From Promethearchaeota archaeon (GTDB lineage Archaea > Asgardarchaeota > Lokiarchaeia > Sigyniarchaeales > SOKP01), in NCBI GenBank assembly GCA_019058015.1, contig JAHLWH010000219.1:1-31467 (forward strand): a stretch of DNA of 31,467 bases, written 5' to 3'. Under the pieces are notes generated by a model. It was given only the letters and a program-made list of their open reading frames with translations, was not told the origin of the DNA and ran no database searches. The position numbers were made by a program, and so were the translations under genes. Shown here piece by piece: positions 26,400 to 31,467 of the stretch. Position 1 is the first letter of the stretch. Each line of letters begins with the position of its first letter.

Positions 26400-26942
26400 T
26401 TACATTTGAGATTCCTCAAGACACCTTCTAGCGATAAATTGAAAGGCTTTCTCTACATTCTCGCCTGTCTTCGCTGAAGTTTCCAAATATTCACACTTTA
26501 AGCGCGTTGCCAATTCTTCACCTTCTTCATTACTAACTTTACGCTCTAGATCAATTTTGTTCCCAAGCAATATCATTGGGATTTCCTTATTTACTGATTT
26601 ATTAATTGAGCTAACCCAACCTGGTATTTTCATTAGAGAGTCGGAACTAGTAACGTCATAGACTCCTAAAGCGCCATTTGAACCCTTAAAGTAAATTCGT
26701 CTTAGCTTTTGAAATTGAGCTTGACCTCCTATATCCCACAAGAGGAGTCTTACTTTCTTATTGTCGATATTAACATCTTTGATAAGGAAATTACTGCCAA
26801 TGGTCTTTTTGAGATCTTCATTAAAGGTTTTTTTTATGTAGCGCAACAGAAGACTAGTTTTGCCAACTCCTCCCGCTCCAAAAAGAGTGATCTTATATTT
26901 ATAAACTTCATCTGATTGTTCTAAAATTTTAAATCCCTCCAA
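26400..26942 (-). CDS. Rab-like small GTPase (Ras superfamily)
   Basis: G1 GAGGVGKT, G2 TIGSNF, G3 WDIGGQ, G4 NKID, G5 TSAK. TTG start. Confidence 0.95.
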   Translation of the reverse strand: MEGFKILEQSDEVYKYKITLFGAGGVGKTSLLLRYIKKTFNEDLKKTIGSNFLIKDVNIDNKKVRLLLWDIGGQAQFQKLRRIYFKGSNGALGVYDVTSSDSLMKIPGWVSSINKSVNKEIPMILLGNKIDLERKVSNEEGEELATRLKCEYLETSAKTGENVEKAFQFIARRCLEESQM

Positions 26943-27067
26943 TCATTAAAAACTTGGATTTTATATTGTATAGAATTGTTTTTTAAATGTTAATTATTTT
27001 ATAATGATTTTCTTATTTAATAATTTACATTAAAATACTGATAAAGCCAATTTTAAAAAAAAAAGAT

Positions 27068-27104
27068 AGATTATTATAAAGAAAAGATTATTATAAAGAA
27101 AAGA
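27068..27104. repeat. 17-bp tandem duplication AGATTATTATAAAGAAA x2
   Basis: Exact copies at 27068-27084 and 27085-27101, plus a partial AGA. Confidence 0.9.
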
Positions 27105-27118
27105 GAAAGAGGTTTAAA

Positions 27119-27586
27119 ATGTTGGCATCATTACTTTCAAAGGCTAAAGAGGTAAATTATTTCTCTTATATAGGTGTAATTGGTGGGATATTTGTCATTT
27201 TATCAGAATTTTTACCATGGTTTAGTGATAATAATTTAATTTTGATATATTTTTTATCCCCATTTGACCCTGATGCATTTGTGTATTTCTTTCCTCTTAT
27301 GTCAGGGGTCATCTGCCTTTTCGGAAGCATTTTATATACAATTCGTCAAGATTTAAAGATCAATTCTATTATAATCCAATTAATTGGCTTGGGGTTTAAC
27401 ACAATATTCATTTTAAATTTTATAGTAAATCAAATGGCGTTTATTTTAACAATTCAGCTTGGATTTTATTTTTTCATAGTTGGATTTTCATTAATTTTTA
27501 TTGAGATTATTGTTAAATTGACTTGGAAAGAAGAGATACCGGCAAACCAAATAGAAGAAAGAAAAAATACCCAAATCGAAGAATAA
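27119..27586 (+). CDS. Hypothetical 4-TM membrane protein
   Basis: Four hydrophobic helices, FLPWF motif, LGFYFF near the C-terminus. Confidence 0.75.
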   Translation: MLASLLSKAKEVNYFSYIGVIGGIFVILSEFLPWFSDNNLILIYFLSPFDPDAFVYFFPLMSGVICLFGSILYTIRQDLKINSIIIQLIGLGFNTIFILNFIVNQMAFILTIQLGFYFFIVGFSLIFIEIIVKLTWKEEIPANQIEERKNTQIEE

Positions 27587-27621
27587 TTAAAATTTTTTCT
27601 AAATTTTGTGTGGTATAGTTA

Positions 27622-28491
27622 ATGGATTCAGAAAGAAAAGAACCCAATCATAAAGAAGGAAATTTCTATTCAGCTTTAAGTCATGAAATTCGACGTAAAA
27701 TGCTTAAAGTTATTGGTGAGCAAGGATATTCATCCTTTACAAACTTTAAAAAAGTATTAGGGGTGAGTACAGGGACAATTTATCATCATTTAGAGGTATT
27801 AAAAGATTTAATTTTTCAGGAGAAGAATAAAAAGTATTATCTGACTACTCTCGGAGGCCATGCCTATAAATTCCTTGATCAAAATATAGATTCAATTGAA
27901 TCTACGAAAATTTCTGAAAAGGAAATAAAGTCACCTTTTTTAAGAGGTATTTTGTCATTTACGCCGAAAAAAATGTTGCTCGGTAATCCAAGAGAAAATA
28001 TCTTAACTATAGTTATATCAATAAGTATAATGATAACAGGAGCAATTTTAGCGGGTTTTTCTGGGTTAAGTACATGTATTTTATTTTTTCAAGATTCTGT
28101 TGAATTTCCATTACTTTTAGATCCTTTTTCCAAACTTGTCTTAGGTCTTATTTTTGTTTTAAATTATTTCGCCCTTTTTGCTTTAGCTGAATTCTTTAGT
28201 TATTTGTTCTATAGAAAAAAAGAGAATTCTTTTAAAATTTTTCTTAACTTTGGGTTGATTTATCTACCAATTTTAATATATCTAGTAATTCATTGTATTT
28301 TATTAATTTTAAACCTTAATTATTTAACGATTTTAGATAATTCTCTACTGATCTTTTTTCAAATTTGGACTTTGTGGCTTTTGACCTATAATTTAAGTGT
28401 AAATAAATATATAAAAATTGAGAGAGCCTTGATTATAAGTTTGGTTATTCATTACGGAGCGTTTATTGTATTATTTATTATTTCTTTATGA
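27622..28491 (+). CDS. ArsR-type winged-helix domain fused to a Yip1-like multi-TM domain
   Basis: FYSALSHEIRRKML...LGVSTGTIYHHLEVL...YYLTTLG; five TM helices including FGLIYLP and IWTLWLL...L...IERALII. Confidence 0.8.
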   Translation: MDSERKEPNHKEGNFYSALSHEIRRKMLKVIGEQGYSSFTNFKKVLGVSTGTIYHHLEVLKDLIFQEKNKKYYLTTLGGHAYKFLDQNIDSIESTKISEKEIKSPFLRGILSFTPKKMLLGNPRENILTIVISISIMITGAILAGFSGLSTCILFFQDSVEFPLLLDPFSKLVLGLIFVLNYFALFALAEFFSYLFYRKKENSFKIFLNFGLIYLPILIYLVIHCILLILNLNYLTILDNSLLIFFQIWTLWLLTYNLSVNKYIKIERALIISLVIHYGAFIVLFIISL

Positions 28492-28493
28492 AA

Positions 28494-29789
28494 TTATAAG
28501 AAATTTTTAATATTATTTTTAATATTTTGCAGTTTCTTTTCCGAATCTATTAAAGACTTCTCGTTTGTCGCAACAAATGACGAAAAATTAAATCCATCTA
28601 TAGATATTGGAGGTGTGATAATTTCTGGAATATCTTTCAGAAAATGAATTTCAACTCTATTTGAATCTGGTTGTTTTTTAGAATTTATTTTTTCTTTTAA
28701 GGAAAAATCCAACCTGCGATAATGTGAAAAGCTAATTGGATGAGGATCAAAATCTTTTATATTACCAAGTTTGGAGTTACATATAATTTCGAAAATATTT
28801 TCTTTCAAAATATTTCGAATTCCCAAATAACTTGTTGTCAATCGGGGATTAATTTCAATAAAGTATATTGGATTTGGATTTGAAGTACATTTAATGAAAT
28901 CAACGCCAAAATACCCTTCTACTTTGAATTTTGATAATGCTGAAACTAATTGGTTTAAATAATTCATTGGAACACTTACTATAGGTGAATATCCACCAAA
29001 ATATTGGCTTGGTTCAGTTGATTTTGAAATATTTAGGATTTGGGCATTAATACAGATGGGTAAAGGTTTATAAGAATTTTCGATTAAATTTAATTTCCTC
29101 CCAATAAAAGAAACACTAAGATCTTGTCCGGAAACATATTCTTGAATTATAAAAGGTCTCTCGATAAAACTTTCCTTATTGGAATTCATTTGTTTTATAA
29201 ATTCATTTAGTCTTTCAACATTATCGATTAAAAAAATAGATTCAGCACCGACTCCATCTTCTGGTTTTAGAATAATTGGTCTTCTTAATATTTCAAAAAT
29301 GTTTTTTAAAACTTTAATATTTAAACCATTGTTATTAGATGGAATTAAATGCGTTTTGGGGGTGTTTAGGTTCAATGATTGAAAAAATTGATATGTTTTA
29401 TATTTTGAAGTGAATTGTTGTATAAAGCTAGAGCCTACACTTAAGAGCTTTTTATTATTTTCTTCAGCCAACTTAGTGAGATTATATAAAATATTTTGAA
29501 ATTCTGGTGCAACTATAAATGCAAAATCATTATTTAAGAGAATTTTTTTAAATATTTTTATAAAATCATCATTTTTTTTTACAATCGAAATAGTATCTGC
29601 CACAAGAATTTCATTTAATTTTGAAATTCGATCATCTAGAAGGGTTTCAATTTCAAAATCAAGAGATTTAAAATCTTCTATAGATGCTCGAAGCATAGCA
29701 AATCCTTCACAAAATAAAGAGATTGGTAAAGTTCCCTTATTAAAACCACCTCCCGAAATAAACTCAAAAATGAAAATCTTATTAGACAT
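28494..29789 (-). CDS. ATP-grasp protein, tyramine--L-glutamate ligase (MfnD)-like
   Basis: IFIFEFISGGG...EGFAML, VAPEF, ILKPEDGVGAE, QEYVSG, GYFGVDF and IEINPRLTTSY. Confidence 0.85.
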   Translation of the reverse strand: MSNKIFIFEFISGGGFNKGTLPISLFCEGFAMLRASIEDFKSLDFEIETLLDDRISKLNEILVADTISIVKKNDDFIKIFKKILLNNDFAFIVAPEFQNILYNLTKLAEENNKKLLSVGSSFIQQFTSKYKTYQFFQSLNLNTPKTHLIPSNNNGLNIKVLKNIFEILRRPIILKPEDGVGAESIFLIDNVERLNEFIKQMNSNKESFIERPFIIQEYVSGQDLSVSFIGRKLNLIENSYKPLPICINAQILNISKSTEPSQYFGGYSPIVSVPMNYLNQLVSALSKFKVEGYFGVDFIKCTSNPNPIYFIEINPRLTTSYLGIRNILKENIFEIICNSKLGNIKDFDPHPISFSHYRRLDFSLKEKINSKKQPDSNRVEIHFLKDIPEIITPPISIDGFNFSSFVATNEKSLIDSEKKLQNIKNNIKNFL

Positions 29790-29923
29790 TATTAATTATT
29801 GAAAAGCTCACATATCAAAATAAAATGAATAAGGATATATTTTATAAATAATAAGAGGATATAAAAATCTATAAAAAAATCTAACAAAAAAAATCTAACA
29901 AAAAATTATGGATATTGATTGAA

Positions 29924-31141
29924 ATGCCTTTTTTTGAACAAGAAGAAGTGCAGAAAATTAGATTTCTGCATTTTACTATTAAAAAATTAGAGGAGAAGTT
30001 GAAAAATGACGAAGATTTTACAATCGATGAATTAAACAATATTTTAGATTATACTATGATACTAAACAAGAATTATGGAAATATAAATCACTTGAGAATC
30101 TTAAATGAAATGGATATTACGAAAGACTATATTGATCCATTAGAAAATAAGCCAATCCAAATAAGAGACCTATATTTTGAATGTGCCCGTGTATTAGAGG
30201 TATTGGGGCAAGGGTATGAGAAATTATCACAAAAAAGAGAAGAGGAAGATTTCCCAGAAGATGCAATAATTTCAATGCTAGAAAGTAGTAAAATTTTAAA
30301 GGCATCTGCATACTTTTCAGCTGCAGCTATGCATCAAAATTACAAGGGAAAATCATTACTTTCATTAAATTTAGAGATAAAATCTGAAGAAGCACGCTTG
30401 TTTGCGCAAAGTATTTCTGCTCTTAATGAAGAAATGAAGGGAAATTTAATATTTGCTTCCAAATTATATGCTGGATTAAGTGCTTTATCAAAAAGAATTT
30501 TTTATTTGAAGGAACATGATGAAATTAAGAAAAACCAATTAAGAGCACAAATGCATTTTGATATGGGAAAAGCATGTACATTAGTTGTTGAAGTTGCCTT
30601 GGATTACAGCATAGATGAACATCGAGTAGAAAACCTCAAACAAAAAGCATACTTCTATTTTAATAAAGCAAAAGAGATTTGGGAAGAAATGATTAATACA
30701 ATCCTAAATTTGAAAGTAGAGGAGATACAAAATATTAAAGATAATATTACTGTATCAGATGATATTTTAAAAGAAATAAAAATCGAAGAACTTCCTTATG
30801 AGAAAATTAAAAAGATCCAAGATCCAGAACCTGTTATTATTATCCCGGAAAATCTTGCACCTTTTGTACCTAAGGCGACTATTTACTTATCTAAAATAGT
30901 TCCTAAAGATCTAAATATTACAAGGTTCAAAAAATTCAAAAATAAGAAAATCGAGAAAAAAACATCATATTCAGAACAGGAGGAATTAGGCAGCCAAAAA
31001 TTCGGAATTTCCAGAACGATATTAGAACTAAAAAAAATGAAGAAAGAAGGAGAAATTAGTTTAGAAAATTACACCAAACTATATGAAAAATATAAAAATA
31101 AACTTAATGAAATTGAAACGAAGATAAAAAATTTGAAATAA
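29924..31141 (+). CDS. All-helical hypothetical protein, possible Bro1/TPR-like domain with C-terminal coiled coil
   Basis: Helical solenoid-like pattern (LYFECARVL...AQ...ASKL) and a C-terminal GEISLENY helix pair. The ORF track starts at TTG 29915. Confidence 0.6.
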   Translation: MPFFEQEEVQKIRFLHFTIKKLEEKLKNDEDFTIDELNNILDYTMILNKNYGNINHLRILNEMDITKDYIDPLENKPIQIRDLYFECARVLEVLGQGYEKLSQKREEEDFPEDAIISMLESSKILKASAYFSAAAMHQNYKGKSLLSLNLEIKSEEARLFAQSISALNEEMKGNLIFASKLYAGLSALSKRIFYLKEHDEIKKNQLRAQMHFDMGKACTLVVEVALDYSIDEHRVENLKQKAYFYFNKAKEIWEEMINTILNLKVEEIQNIKDNITVSDDILKEIKIEELPYEKIKKIQDPEPVIIIPENLAPFVPKATIYLSKIVPKDLNITRFKKFKNKKIEKKTSYSEQEELGSQKFGISRTILELKKMKKEGEISLENYTKLYEKYKNKLNEIETKIKNLK

Positions 31142-31158
31142 AAAAATATTAGAAATTT

Positions 31159-31467
31159 TTATTCAATTTTACCTAATTTTTTAATGCCAAAGAATAGTAC
31201 GGGAATCGCAAATCCACCTCCTATAAGGAATAAAGGAAATGGTAAAATGAATTTCACTAATTCAAGAGGTGGATCTATTATTGCAAATATTGCTATGCTA
31301 GAAAATATAGTAACGAACATGGTAGCCATATTAATTACAACAATTAGAAGTATATTTAATTGCATATCACCACCTTTCTCTTCGAATGCAGGATTAATGC
31401 ATTGTAATCCGATCGCCTGAGAGAGTGTTATCATACAGTAAATTACAAAGAGGAAAAAGAAATATAT
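31159..31467 (-). CDS. C-terminal part of a polytopic membrane protein (ABC-permease-like), truncated by the window edge
   Basis: The frame stays open to the window end (IYFFFLFVIYC precedes the M at 31434); three TM segments around INPAFEEKGG. Confidence 0.7.
   Translation of the reverse strand: MYFFFLFVIYCMITLSQAIGLQCINPAFEEKGGDMQLNILLIVVINMATMFVTIFSSIAIFAIIDPPLELVKFILPFPLFLIGGGFAIPVLFFGIKKLGKIE

Noticed and set aside
29863-29905. Short repeat AAAAAAATCTAAC x2 plus a degenerate copy
   Set aside because: Low-complexity poly-A slippage; no evidence of function.
24297-31420. Short ORFs 24297..24488, 26709..26915, 29179..29382, 30117..30311 and 31184..31420
   Set aside because: All antisense to stronger genes.

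Overview
AT-rich archaeal window that looks like Asgard archaea (Lokiarchaeia/Promethearchaeota-like). The lineage is inferred from TBP, an archaeal-type ThrRS, CTP-dependent RibK, RibL and an archaetidylinositol-phosphate-synthase-like enzyme occurring alongside eukaryotic-signature-like proteins. It holds about 27 protein genes; I found no rRNA, tRNA, CRISPR or transposase. Housekeeping content: a DtxR/MntR regulator plus ZIP transporter with a twin palindromic operator, DUF47 plus PiT phosphate transport, thrS-translin-ribL-ribK, an MfnD-like ATP-grasp protein, a GNAT and a damaged Nudix hydrolase. The most interesting content is a dense set of membrane-trafficking and cytoskeleton-like proteins with unusual architectures: a gelsolin-like domain fused to 4 TM helices, a 1459-aa receptor-like surface protein with a cytoplasmic longin domain converging on a soluble longin-wHTH gene, two Rab-like GTPases (one with non-canonical G3/G4), a wHTH-Yip1-like fusion and a possible Bro1-like protein. 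All family calls are by-eye motif recognition; no database searches were run.
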